In this document: positions 56,301-64,000 of the stretch, in pieces | Position numbering within the stretch: position 1 is the first letter of the stretch | Layout: the number at the start of each line of letters is the position of its first letter | NCBI GenBank assembly: GCA_963662905.2 | Contig: CAXXFD010000004.1 | Coordinates: forward strand, 194,172-258,171 | DNA length: 64,000 nucleotides | DNA from: Bacteroidales bacterium | GTDB taxonomy: Bacteria > Bacteroidota > Bacteroidia > Bacteroidales > WRLA01 | Reading direction: 5' to 3' | Position numbers and translations under genes: made by a program | Notes under the pieces: generated by a model | Databases searched by the model: none | Told to the model about the DNA's origin: nothing | Seen by the model: only the letters and a program-made list of their open reading frames with translations

Positions 56301-58128
56301 GCAGATCAAAGCCTGCGCCTTTCAATTGCATATCCATGTTCATCCCGGAAAGGGAATCTATTTGCAGGAGCTCTTGCAAATCAAATCCTTTTAAGGAAAG
56401 ATTGGCTTCATAAGCATACAAACTATCTATTTTCCCGTCCAAATGCAGGTTTCCCAAATTGGTCAGCAATGCAATATCTGTTTTTCCCTTTAACGAATCA
56501 AGCTGTATTTCCATCTGGAAATCAATTTTTTCCGGTATATTGATATCCGGAACCAATTTCTGAACGATAATTGCAGCGGTGGTATTTTCCTTGTATTTGA
56601 AGTTCAGGTTAAGATGACCGGAAGGCATACTGTCGTAAAAATATCGTTCAATGCCAGCCGAAGCCTGAAGGTTCAAAAAGTTCCCGATCCGGGCATTAAG
56701 ACTATCCAAAACGAAGTCACCTCCTGAAGCATTGGCCTGAATATCAAACATCAACGGCTCTTTTTCAGCTAAAATCCAGTAATCTTCCGGAATATATCTT
56801 GCCAGAACAAGCGGCAATGTACCCTCCAGTTTCAAGGAAGTTTGAAGTGGCATAAATACCAGCGAATCGACAGGAAGTGGAAAATGCGCTTTGGATTCAG
56901 CGCGTGCAGAAAGCACAAGATTTTTTGTTTCCAAATGCACATCCTGAAGTAAAAGCTGATCATGATTAAACTTCAGTTCCGCCAGCAAAGACTGCAAGGA
57001 AATACTATCGGCCTGAAAATCCTGAGCATTGATTTCCAAATCATTATGCACATCATTAAAAACTACATTATTTATGTGGAGTGATCCCAATGAATAACTT
57101 TGCTGCAAGCCGGATTGATGAAGTTTTAGGCGGCTTTGCAAAAAAGACAGATCGGCGCATGCCACATCCCAGCCCACATCAAAACCCGGTTTCAGATAAA
57201 ACACCGATGAATCCGAAACCACAGTGGCAGCGCTATCAGCAGTTCTGAGGTACATATTGAAGTGCAGGTCATTATTATTTAAATGTTCCAGCTGCACACT
57301 TTGGCTTGCCAGATTAAAATTCAGTTTTTGTATTTCCAAAGCCCGGTTTGAGATATGCATCAGGGTATCGCCCGCTCTCATTTGCACATAAGAAATATTT
57401 TTCAAACCAATCAATTTACTGTGGGCTGTAAGGAAGGTCTGGGATGAAGGTGCATCATCGGATTGCGTATCTTTTTCCATTTTCAGGGAGGTCAAGAAAA
57501 CATCCAGCCCGTCAAGTTGTATTTCATCATTTTGCACCTTTAGGGAATCCAGGGAAAGTGATGTGGCACCGCAATGGAAATCATGCAAATGGGCACGGAA
57601 ATCAAGTTCCGATGTGGTATAGGAAAACCGGATATTTTTTAAATCCAGAGAGGCAATGTGCAGGAGAAGATTGTTTTTTTGCTGATCCTGCTGTTTGTTT
57701 TTTGAATCATCCTCATCAGCGGAAGCAAAAACCTCTATAAGGTTTAAAACGCCTGAAGGATTGGTTTTCATATTCACCTGCACAGCAGCCAACTGCACAT
57801 TTCCAGCCTCCAGCGAGCCGTGCATCAGAGGCCATAAAGCCAGTCCTGCACGGATTTTCCCTGCATTGATGAGGGTGTCTTTTTGAGAACCGGTTAGCAG
57901 GACATCATCCAGTTTTACTTTTAATGGAAAGCCCAAATGCAGCGATCCAATCGAGATTTGCCCGTTTATCTGTGCATTGATTTCCTTGCTAACTTTTTCA
58001 ACAACAACACTTTGAACAAAAGGCACATACAAAAGAGCCACAAGTAAAACCACGATACTGAGCAAAGAGCCCAAAAAGTAAGCTGCAATACGCAAAATCC
58101 TCCGTCCTATTTTTTTTAATTTGCTCAA
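53290..58128 (-). CDS. tamB: TamB-like translocation and assembly module protein
   Basis: 1612 aa with a single N-terminal TM anchor (ILRIAAYFLGSLLSIVVLLVALLYVPF) and a long beta-rich body. It is paired with a TamA-like gene downstream. Confidence 0.75.
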   Translation of the reverse strand: MSKLKKIGRRILRIAAYFLGSLLSIVVLLVALLYVPFVQSVVVEKVSKEINAQINGQISIGSLHLGFPLKVKLDDVLLTGSQKDTLINAGKIRAGLALWPLMHGSLEAGNVQLAAVQVNMKTNPSGVLNLIEVFASADEDDSKNKQQDQQKNNLLLHIASLDLKNIRFSYTTSELDFRAHLHDFHCGATSLSLDSLKVQNDEIQLDGLDVFLTSLKMEKDTQSDDAPSSQTFLTAHSKLIGLKNISYVQMRAGDTLMHISNRALEIQKLNFNLASQSVQLEHLNNNDLHFNMYLRTADSAATVVSDSSVFYLKPGFDVGWDVACADLSFLQSRLKLHQSGLQQSYSLGSLHINNVVFNDVHNDLEINAQDFQADSISLQSLLAELKFNHDQLLLQDVHLETKNLVLSARAESKAHFPLPVDSLVFMPLQTSLKLEGTLPLVLARYIPEDYWILAEKEPLMFDIQANASGGDFVLDSLNARIGNFLNLQASAGIERYFYDSMPSGHLNLNFKYKENTTAAIIVQKLVPDINIPEKIDFQMEIQLDSLKGKTDIALLTNLGNLHLDGKIDSLYAYEANLSLKGFDLQELLQIDSLSGMNMDMQLKGAGFDLPTATADLKCSFSDISYRRADFDSLILRANWENSWGKLQLQTFSEYADLIITASGNQYNADAELAIKDVRLDYFHDRPLPSIWGNCKMSWSDTLGTQTAGIDIYNSGLWVDNKRFELAPFEARFLSSDTLSDLKITSGILNVSLEANRKPEVLLQSLQDFYQDYLHGLYDREPGETECTASIQLHGTSPVRDYFLPDLKQAEFSGINMAYREQDQHFEITASMPVLEYDKLRLSDMRLDLSLDSMRIFSGLQFAQISYDTINAGPLNWEMSFKDSTLHAGFKLGDTVPDLDIQIKGSQKNMVWHLALDSLIIAGKSWEKNEDRNYLVFDSSGIQRAAMQLVHQKEKLEFQKDSLHNELLIRDFDLDNLLSAFKGETGALPFDAKMDLDFKMADDTARIIELKLKDVVYQDLPPLNLSASLFPEDGGQKITAVADGEYFDMTANAFYSSDKFQLDADLKRFDLSALPVFMPNDIPKAGGELLAHLSFKDANDLQGQVHFSEASIRLAALNTTYRLGNEKIKFDRNTLQFDDFQLEDEAGQRIHINGGIVKPENDTSLKLDFQMDAKQFTFVNTERKTDLPYYGHVNADVKLNISGSLDEPVAVAELKLNKGSDFTYIYAPDRLNMVDDEGVVEFVPQLPGNKVLELKKDSVVVKSGFRGLKIQSNIKVDKEAVFRLYADFSSEDYIEIRGDADLDLDMNRDGSIRMAGRYEVSSGFYRMSFYNLVRKKFDVIPGSYINWYGSPSDANMDIGTKYSTRVSPLNLILTQVSQLSEAQKQRYRQKIPFTVMLYMKGSMLEPQISFGLSMDKEYRSQFPDVDAYVQELNRDGNADELNKQVFGVLVFNSFLSDASGGNDPASAMARDVALSSVNGLMNSQLERLSGRFLKGVDIEMNLEDYAASEGGGDAATQLELNVSKRFFNDRLQVKVGENFALSDNETARQEGVNELAGNYAVIYDLTPDGRFRIKAYRENSWDLIDGSIDQTGLSLMYEKEFMLKKRKEAKDEK

Positions 58129-58137
58129 ATCCCCGTA

Positions 58138-58926
58138 TCAAAAATTATTCTGTTGTTCCTGACCTGTTTCGATTTCCAATCCGTCATAAGCCAGATGGAC
58201 TCCTTCGGGCAGCTCTTTTTCTACATCCTCATGACATCCCAGTCGGTGCGAAATATGTGTCAGAAAAGCCCTTTCAGGTTTGACCTTTTGGATCACATCC
58301 AGCGCCTCCGGCAAAGAAAAATGAGAAATATGAGGCTCTTTCCGCAATGCGTTAATAATCAGTATATCAAGATTTTCCAAAGATTTCATACTTTCTTCCG
58401 GAATATATTTTGCGTCTGTGATATAGGCCATTTTTCCAATGCGAAAGCCCAAAACCGGAAGCTTATGGTGCAGCACTCCAATTGGAAGAATGGACCTACC
58501 GCAGCAGTGAAATTCCTCTCCGGCAGCTATCGAATGTAATTGAAATTCGGGCACTCCGGGGTATTTCACATCAGCGAAAGCATAATGAAAATCTCGTCGG
58601 ATATCATGCTGCACATCCTTTCGGGCATATACATCAACAGGTTTTTGCATCAGGTAATTGTATGCCCGCAAATCGTCCAGGCCGCCGATATGGTCTTTAT
58701 GTCCATGTGTAATCAAAACAGCTTCAACACTTTTCAGTTTATGCCGAAGCATCTGTGCGCGGAAATCAGGTCCGGTATCGATGACAATATTTTTATCATC
58801 CTGCTGTATCCAGATGGAGGAACGCAGGCGCTTGTCCCGCTCGTCTGCTGAAGTGCAAACCGGGCAATCGCACCCAATTACAGGTACGCCATGCGATGTT
58901 CCACTGCCTAAAAATGTTATTTTCAC
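58138..58926 (-). CDS. MBL-fold metallo-hydrolase (PhnP/ElaC-like)
   Basis: ITFLGSGTSHGVP ... VLITHGHKDHIGGLDDL, which contains the HxHxDH motif. Confidence 0.85.
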   Translation of the reverse strand: MKITFLGSGTSHGVPVIGCDCPVCTSADERDKRLRSSIWIQQDDKNIVIDTGPDFRAQMLRHKLKSVEAVLITHGHKDHIGGLDDLRAYNYLMQKPVDVYARKDVQHDIRRDFHYAFADVKYPGVPEFQLHSIAAGEEFHCCGRSILPIGVLHHKLPVLGFRIGKMAYITDAKYIPEESMKSLENLDILIINALRKEPHISHFSLPEALDVIQKVKPERAFLTHISHRLGCHEDVEKELPEGVHLAYDGLEIETGQEQQNNF

Positions 58927-59115
58927 AAAATTTTAATTCAATGCGCAATTTAGTAAATTATCCTGCCATACAGCTAAACGAAAAAGCCGGAAACAAATTT
59001 TATTGGTTCAGGGCAACGAAATCGAATAATTTCCCGTATTTTTACGAATCAAAAAGGCTGATTAGCCTGCCCGGGTCATTTATTTTTATATTCGCCTGAA
59101 AACAAATTATTAAGA

Positions 59116-59673
59116 TTGGGAATCATTACCAACATAAAACTGAATTATGCCGCACAACAGCTCAGCCGCATTAAAAAAAAGCGCAAAAGAGCACGTGGCC
59201 TGCTCCGTTTCGACGAAGCCAAAAGTATTTTAATCGTTTTTAGCTGGAAAAACCAAGCCGCTTTTGAGCATCTCCAGAAAGTTGTTAAGGAAATGAAAAA
59301 AGAATGCCCTTCGGCTTCCATTCACTATTTATGCCACTTCCGGCAAAAAGCCAAAAACATTCCGGAAAGCCTTCAAAAGGAAGACTTCATCCACCTGAGC
59401 AAAAGCGATGTAAACTGGCTCGGCACACCAAAAAAAGATTTTCTGAACAGTTTCCTGAAAAAAGATTTTGATATACTGGTCGATTTTACCTTTGTTGATT
59501 TCCCGGAGCTGCTTTTCGCAGTTGGCGCAGCAAATTGCCGATTGAAAACCGGACCGGATATTTCGGGCAGAAACAAATATTACGACCTGATGATCGCCAT
59601 TCGCGAAGGAGAACATCTGCGCGATTTTGCCGCAAACCTGATTCACTACCTTAAAGTATTTAAAAGCAAATAA
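59116..59673 (+). CDS. Hypothetical protein (TTG start in the track; start uncertain)
   Basis: A 185-aa ORF with coding-like composition, co-directional with and 2 nt upstream of dapA. No motif was recognised. Confidence 0.4.
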   Translation: MGIITNIKLNYAAQQLSRIKKKRKRARGLLRFDEAKSILIVFSWKNQAAFEHLQKVVKEMKKECPSASIHYLCHFRQKAKNIPESLQKEDFIHLSKSDVNWLGTPKKDFLNSFLKKDFDILVDFTFVDFPELLFAVGAANCRLKTGPDISGRNKYYDLMIAIREGEHLRDFAANLIHYLKVFKSK

Positions 59674-59675
59674 TT

Positions 59676-60551
59676 ATGACAACAAGTTTTAAAGGAACCG
59701 GAATAGCAATCATCACTCCTTTCAAAAAAGATAAAAGCATTGATTTCGAATCACTTGAAAAGATTATTGAATATAATATCTCCGGCGGCACTGATTTTAT
59801 TGTGGTGCACGGAACTACAGCAGAGGCCGCTACACAAACATCCGAAGAAAAAAAAGCCGTGCGCGAATTCGTGCTTGAAAAGGTGAACGGACGTCTGCCT
59901 CTGGCTGTTGGTATGGGCGGAAACGACACGGCGAATCTGATCGTTTCACTGAAAACCACAGATTTAACGGGCTTCGACGCCATTCTTTCCGTTGCGCCTT
60001 ATTACAATAAGCCCACACAAGGCGGGATGATTGCTCACTTTGAAGCAGTCGCCGATTACAGCCCCCTGCCTGTCATTATTTATAATGTACCCGGACGTAC
60101 CGGAGCAAACATTAAAGCGGAAACATGCCTGAAACTTGCAGCGCATAAAAATATTATCGCCGTAAAAGAAGCCAGTGGCAATCTGGAACAAATCATGGAA
60201 ATCATCCGCAAAAAACCGGAAGGATTTTCTGTACTTTCGGGTGATGACCTGCTTACTTTCCCGATGATTGCACTCGGCGCTGACGGTGTAATATCTGTCG
60301 CAGCACAAGCCGCCCCGGAACTTTTCTCGGGCATGGTAAAAGATGCGCTGGCCAGCAAAAACAAAGAAGCCGCAGAAAAGCATTATAAATTGATGCCGTA
60401 TATGCAGTACCTTTTTGCAGATGGAAACCCGGCAGGAATCAAAGCAGCCCTGGCCGCCCGTGGCCTTTGCGAAAACATTCTGCGCCTGCCGCTCATCCCG
60501 GCCAATGAGCAGGTTTGCACTGAAATTGAAAAATTAATCCCCAACCTATAG
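59676..60551 (+). CDS. dapA: 4-hydroxy-tetrahydrodipicolinate synthase
   Basis: GTGIAIITPF ... GTDFIVVHGTTAEA ... YYNKPTQ ... IYNVPGRTG ... IIAVKEASGN. This covers the conserved GTTGE-like, Y-N-x-P and catalytic K regions. Confidence 0.95.
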   Translation: MTTSFKGTGIAIITPFKKDKSIDFESLEKIIEYNISGGTDFIVVHGTTAEAATQTSEEKKAVREFVLEKVNGRLPLAVGMGGNDTANLIVSLKTTDLTGFDAILSVAPYYNKPTQGGMIAHFEAVADYSPLPVIIYNVPGRTGANIKAETCLKLAAHKNIIAVKEASGNLEQIMEIIRKKPEGFSVLSGDDLLTFPMIALGADGVISVAAQAAPELFSGMVKDALASKNKEAAEKHYKLMPYMQYLFADGNPAGIKAALAARGLCENILRLPLIPANEQVCTEIEKLIPNL

Positions 60552-60555
60552 CCCC

Positions 60556-62229
60556 ATGAAAAAAAGCTTCTTCCTCCTGATTCTGATGGCCTTTGCTTTT
60601 CAAACTACTTTTTCGCAAAATTCCGGCAATCAGTTTACAAAAGATGAATTATTGCAACGAAAAGAAATTTGTTTCAGTTTCCAATCGACGGATCGGGAAC
60701 TCATCGCAGCGCTCAATAAAATCATCATCCTTGAAGAAGCAAAAGGTACAGAAGCGCGATTTTTCGCATACGCGACGCAGGAAGGCTATCAAAAGTTCCT
60801 CGATTTTGGTTTGCAACACCAAATTGAAGTTCCGCCATCGCTGCGCCGCCCGGCAAAAATGACAACTTCCACGCGTACTGATTACGATTGGGACGCCTAT
60901 CCAACTTATGAAGCTTATGTAGCCATGATGGAGCAATTCGCCTCTGATTATCCCAACCTTTGCTCGCTTTATGAAATCGGAAGCTCGGTGGAAGGCCGCC
61001 GCATCATTGCAGCGCGCCTGCATGCGCCCAATTATGGGGGCAAACGCTCTAATGTGCTTTATACAGGACAAATGCATGGCGATGAGCTGGTTTGCTATAT
61101 TTTGCAGTTACGCCTGATCGATCATCTACTGAGCAATTACGGTAATGATGAACGGATTACACGACTTTTAGATGAACAGGTGATTTATATTAATCCACTG
61201 GCCAATCCCGACGGAACATATGCCGGAGGCAATTCAACGGTAAATGGGGCGACCCGAACCAATGCCAATGGCGTGGATCTGAACCGCAATTTCCCGGATC
61301 CGATCACCGGCCCGCATCCCGATGGCAACGACTGGCAGCCCGAAACGGTGGCCTTTATGCAACTGGCCGAAGATATTCAATTTACACTTTCGGCCAACAC
61401 CCATTCCGGAGCAGAAGTAGTAAATTATCCCTGGGATTCGTGGAATGGCTATACCGCCGATGATGCCTGGTGGGTAGATATTTCGCGGGCATATGCCGAT
61501 GCCGCACAGGAAAACAGCCCGGCAGGATATTTCACAGACCTCAACAATGGCATTACGCATGGCTACTCCTGGTATTCCACTCACGGCAGCCGTCAGGATT
61601 ATATGAACTTTTTTGCCGCTTGCCGCGAAGCCACAATTGAGCAATCAACCGTAAAACTCCTTCCCGCCGAATTACTCCCTGATTATTGGGAATACAACCG
61701 CGAAGCCCTGCTCAACTATCTCGATTACGGGCTGATGGGCGTAAAAGGCATGGCGGTGGACAGCATCAGCCGCGAGCCGCTCAAAGCCCGGATTTTTATC
61801 AAAAATTACGATAAAGACAGCTCGTGGGTTTATTGCGACCCGGCAGACGGATGGTTTTTCCGCCTGCTCAATCCCGGAAGCTATGAATTCATGTGCAGCT
61901 ATCCCGCTTATACCACACAAACCAAAACAGTAACAGTTGCTAAAGGGGAATACAGTTTTCTGGAGTTTGAAATGACTCTTTCCGGAACCGGAATTGAAAA
62001 TCCTGATAATGAATCGTTTTCCGTTTATTCTATCGGGAACAAAATTGAACTGGATTATGCAGCAAGTGCAGCAATCAATCTTTTTGACCTGAGCGGGCGC
62101 ATGATCAACTCATGGAACCATTTGGGAGGCAAGGCGGCTTTTGATCCGGGCAATATCCCGGAAGGAATTTATCTGATCCGAATCAGCAGCAATGAAAAGC
62201 ACTACAGCCGCAAACTGCTTATCCGATAG
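60556..62229 (+). CDS. M14-family zinc carboxypeptidase with T9SS C-terminal sorting domain
   Basis: Has a signal peptide. Zinc site: YTGQMHGDELV (HxxE) and the later NTHSGAEV. Also NANGVDLNRNFP. A CarboxypepD_reg-like module (GVKGMAVDSISREPLKARIFI) is followed by a CTD (EGIYLIRISSNEKHYSRKLLIR). Confidence 0.85.
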   Translation: MKKSFFLLILMAFAFQTTFSQNSGNQFTKDELLQRKEICFSFQSTDRELIAALNKIIILEEAKGTEARFFAYATQEGYQKFLDFGLQHQIEVPPSLRRPAKMTTSTRTDYDWDAYPTYEAYVAMMEQFASDYPNLCSLYEIGSSVEGRRIIAARLHAPNYGGKRSNVLYTGQMHGDELVCYILQLRLIDHLLSNYGNDERITRLLDEQVIYINPLANPDGTYAGGNSTVNGATRTNANGVDLNRNFPDPITGPHPDGNDWQPETVAFMQLAEDIQFTLSANTHSGAEVVNYPWDSWNGYTADDAWWVDISRAYADAAQENSPAGYFTDLNNGITHGYSWYSTHGSRQDYMNFFAACREATIEQSTVKLLPAELLPDYWEYNREALLNYLDYGLMGVKGMAVDSISREPLKARIFIKNYDKDSSWVYCDPADGWFFRLLNPGSYEFMCSYPAYTTQTKTVTVAKGEYSFLEFEMTLSGTGIENPDNESFSVYSIGNKIELDYAASAAINLFDLSGRMINSWNHLGGKAAFDPGNIPEGIYLIRISSNEKHYSRKLLIR

Positions 62230-62821
62230 ATTTACTGATTTTCAACACATCATCCATTACCGCTTCAATCTGCGGCAGGATTAATTGCTCACCATCATTT
62301 CGGATGATCCAATCGCATAATGGCGCTTTCTTTTCTTCCGGCCATTGGTGAGCCATGCGTTTGCGGATTTCCTCTTCCGGCATTCCGTCCCGTTTAAGCA
62401 CACGTTTCAGGCGAATATCTTCCGGAGCACTTACCAGGATAATTTTATCGAATTTCTTGTCAAATCCGCTTTCAAAGAGAATAGCTGCCTCATGCAGGAC
62501 AAAAGGCTCAGATTGATAATGTTCCAGCCAGCGATCAAAATCCTGCTCCACCAAACGGTGCACAATGGAATTCAGTTTTGCGAGCTTATTTTTATCTGAG
62601 AAAACGATGGCTGCGAGTTTTTTGCGGTCGATCAGCAATCCGGAATCCTCCATAATATCGTCCCCGAAAGTTTCACGAACTTCCTGAATTGTGCCCTCAT
62701 CATCCATCAGGAAGCGGGCACGGATATCCGCATAATAAACCGGAACACCGAGCCGGGAAAACTGCCTGCAAATGAACGACTTCCCGCTACCTATATTTCC
62801 GGTGACGCCAATTTTGAGCAT
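62219..62821 (-). CDS. coaE: Dephospho-CoA kinase
   Basis: P-loop IGVTGNIGSGKSF, 200 aa, with the typical CoaE layout. Confidence 0.9.
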   Translation of the reverse strand: MLKIGVTGNIGSGKSFICRQFSRLGVPVYYADIRARFLMDDEGTIQEVRETFGDDIMEDSGLLIDRKKLAAIVFSDKNKLAKLNSIVHRLVEQDFDRWLEHYQSEPFVLHEAAILFESGFDKKFDKIILVSAPEDIRLKRVLKRDGMPEEEIRKRMAHQWPEEKKAPLCDWIIRNDGEQLILPQIEAVMDDVLKISKSIG

Positions 62822-63831
62822 TATTTCCTGATTTGAAGGTATTCGACAATTTCAGGTTCCATGCGGAGGTTTTTTACAAAATCCGGCTTTCTCATCACCT
62901 TCAGGCGCGCAAAACCGGCTTCTCCCGATTCCTGCTTTGCTTTTTCGGCAGCAATCAGGAACATAGTCCCATCCACTCGTTTATAATCACGGAACGACAC
63001 CTGACAAAAAAGGTTCACCTTATCGGGGAAAAAGCGATAATACTCCACGGAATCGATTTCGGCCGGATGGATATCCACCTCCAGCCGTACTTCGGTAAAC
63101 TGCTCCACCGGAACCGTAACCTGCACGGAATCGGAGCTCATCTCCAGCGGATGTTCCAAAGCATAATGGATTAAAGGAAGTTTCACCTGCACGCTATCGT
63201 TGATTTGCCCAAACTGACAGGCAGTACTTTGCACAAAATCAATGGTATCCAAAACCGATTGAAGTCCTTTCAACACGATGCTGTCGGGCTTTAACAAAAC
63301 AGGACCGCTCAGCCAAAACTGCCGGTCGAGGGTAAATTCAATCGGAGCCTTTACAGGAACTTTTTTTTGCATTTTCTTACGGAAGCGGAAGAACAAGGTA
63401 TCGGGGCTTAGGCCGGTCAGTTCATCCGAAAGTTTGAGTTGTCTGGCAATACTTGTTGCATAGGGGGCTGTCAGAAGATAACCCGTGAAATCACCATTTG
63501 ACCTTTGAATCAGTTTTATATCGCGCACATCAATGGTCACATTGCGCTCAAGCGAAAAAAAATCAAGCTCGGCCAAATCATAGCCTTGCCCACGAACCCT
63601 GAGAAGCAAATGATCTTCGGGTTTATTCATCAAAATTTTATCGGCAGGCAAGCCACTGATCTGCAATTTGTAGTCAACCGTACTATAATATTCCCGGTTA
63701 AGGCTCATCAGTAACCATACAAAAGCGGAAATGAGCAGGCAGACCAAAAAAAGAGAAAGCTGATCCCTCGCGGCTTTATCGTGGGGATTGAGCATCCCCC
63801 TAATCTGCTGCATGAGCTCAGCTCTCTTCAT
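62821..63831 (-). CDS. YbbR-like domain-containing membrane protein
   Basis: One N-terminal TM helix (LFLVCLLISAFVWLLMSL) followed by repeated beta-rich modules. It sits between yajC and coaE, as in other Bacteroidota. Confidence 0.6.
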   Translation of the reverse strand: MKRAELMQQIRGMLNPHDKAARDQLSLFLVCLLISAFVWLLMSLNREYYSTVDYKLQISGLPADKILMNKPEDHLLLRVRGQGYDLAELDFFSLERNVTIDVRDIKLIQRSNGDFTGYLLTAPYATSIARQLKLSDELTGLSPDTLFFRFRKKMQKKVPVKAPIEFTLDRQFWLSGPVLLKPDSIVLKGLQSVLDTIDFVQSTACQFGQINDSVQVKLPLIHYALEHPLEMSSDSVQVTVPVEQFTEVRLEVDIHPAEIDSVEYYRFFPDKVNLFCQVSFRDYKRVDGTMFLIAAEKAKQESGEAGFARLKVMRKPDFVKNLRMEPEIVEYLQIRK

Positions 63832-63845
63832 GATGAATTGTTATT

Positions 63846-64000
63846 TTATTTCTTTTGATTCATCTGAGCATCAACGCCACCCATTGAAACGGCAGAGCGT
63901 TCCACCTTCAGGCGACCCTGTCCTTCGGTTTCGAGGATAATGGCAGTTTCCATAATTTCAAGGATTTTCCCATGGATTCCTCCGATAGTCACTACTTTAT
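63846..64000 (-). CDS. yajC: Preprotein translocase subunit YajC (C-terminal part; start lies beyond the right edge)
   Basis: Absent from the ORF track. Hand translation of the reverse strand: ..KVVTIGGIHGKILEIMETAIILETEGQGRLKVERSAVSMGGVDAQMNQKK*. Confidence 0.7.
   Translation of the reverse strand, partial: KVVTIGGIHGKILEIMETAIILETEGQGRLKVERSAVSMGGVDAQMNQKK

Noticed and set aside
1-64000. Scan for CRISPR arrays, tRNA, rRNA and tmRNA
   Set aside because: I saw no regularly spaced short repeats and no tRNA-like T-loop or acceptor pattern in the intergenic regions. This is a visual scan only, so tRNAscan/Infernal/minCED should confirm it.

Overview
This 64-kb window comes from a Bacteroidota-type genome. 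The evidence is five proteins with type-A T9SS C-terminal sorting domains, TAnnTTTG -7 promoter boxes just upstream of several starts, a GLPGLI/outer-membrane-barrel gene pair, and the yajC - ybbR-like - coaE gene order. Most of the window is ordinary chromosome. It holds two two-component systems, a TonB-dependent receptor, a photolyase, a CDF transporter and an HD phosphohydrolase. It also holds ccmBCDE (variant System I with a CxxxY CcmE), sdhCAB/frdCAB, tamAB, dapA, an M14 carboxypeptidase and coaE. Two edge-truncated genes are missing from the ORF track: a BNR-repeat protein at 1..1454 (-) and yajC at 63846..64000 (-). The centre (about 25.2-43.0 kb) is an AT-richer accessory island. It starts with a decayed IS1595-family transposase gene that was hit separately by an IS21-family element (6-bp target duplication) and an IS630-family element (TA duplication). 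Next to this lies a tightly packed five-gene minus-strand operon (29776..40760): a tail-fibre-like coiled-coil protein, an SBBP beta-propeller T9SS cargo, a 1070-aa SpvB/TcB-N-terminal-like protein, a 1194-aa RHS-core protein with a 201-aa unassigned C-terminal toxin tip, and a small immunity candidate. All four large proteins carry Sec signal peptides, and the window contains no T6SS, TcA or CdiB-type partner. I consider this operon the best candidate for an undescribed toxin-delivery system. Two smaller observations recur: gene cassettes, each with its own promoter box, are flanked by near-perfect direct repeats of the 3' coding end of the upstream host gene. One is a RelE/ParE TA pair with a 47-bp repeat; the other is a BNR T9SS cargo gene with a 31-bp repeat. 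Two clusters of GC-rich hairpin-forming intergenic repeats (about 10.4 kb and 50.3 kb) also appear to be related to each other. I found no rRNA, tRNA or CRISPR array. All domain calls rest on motifs read by eye; no database search was run.
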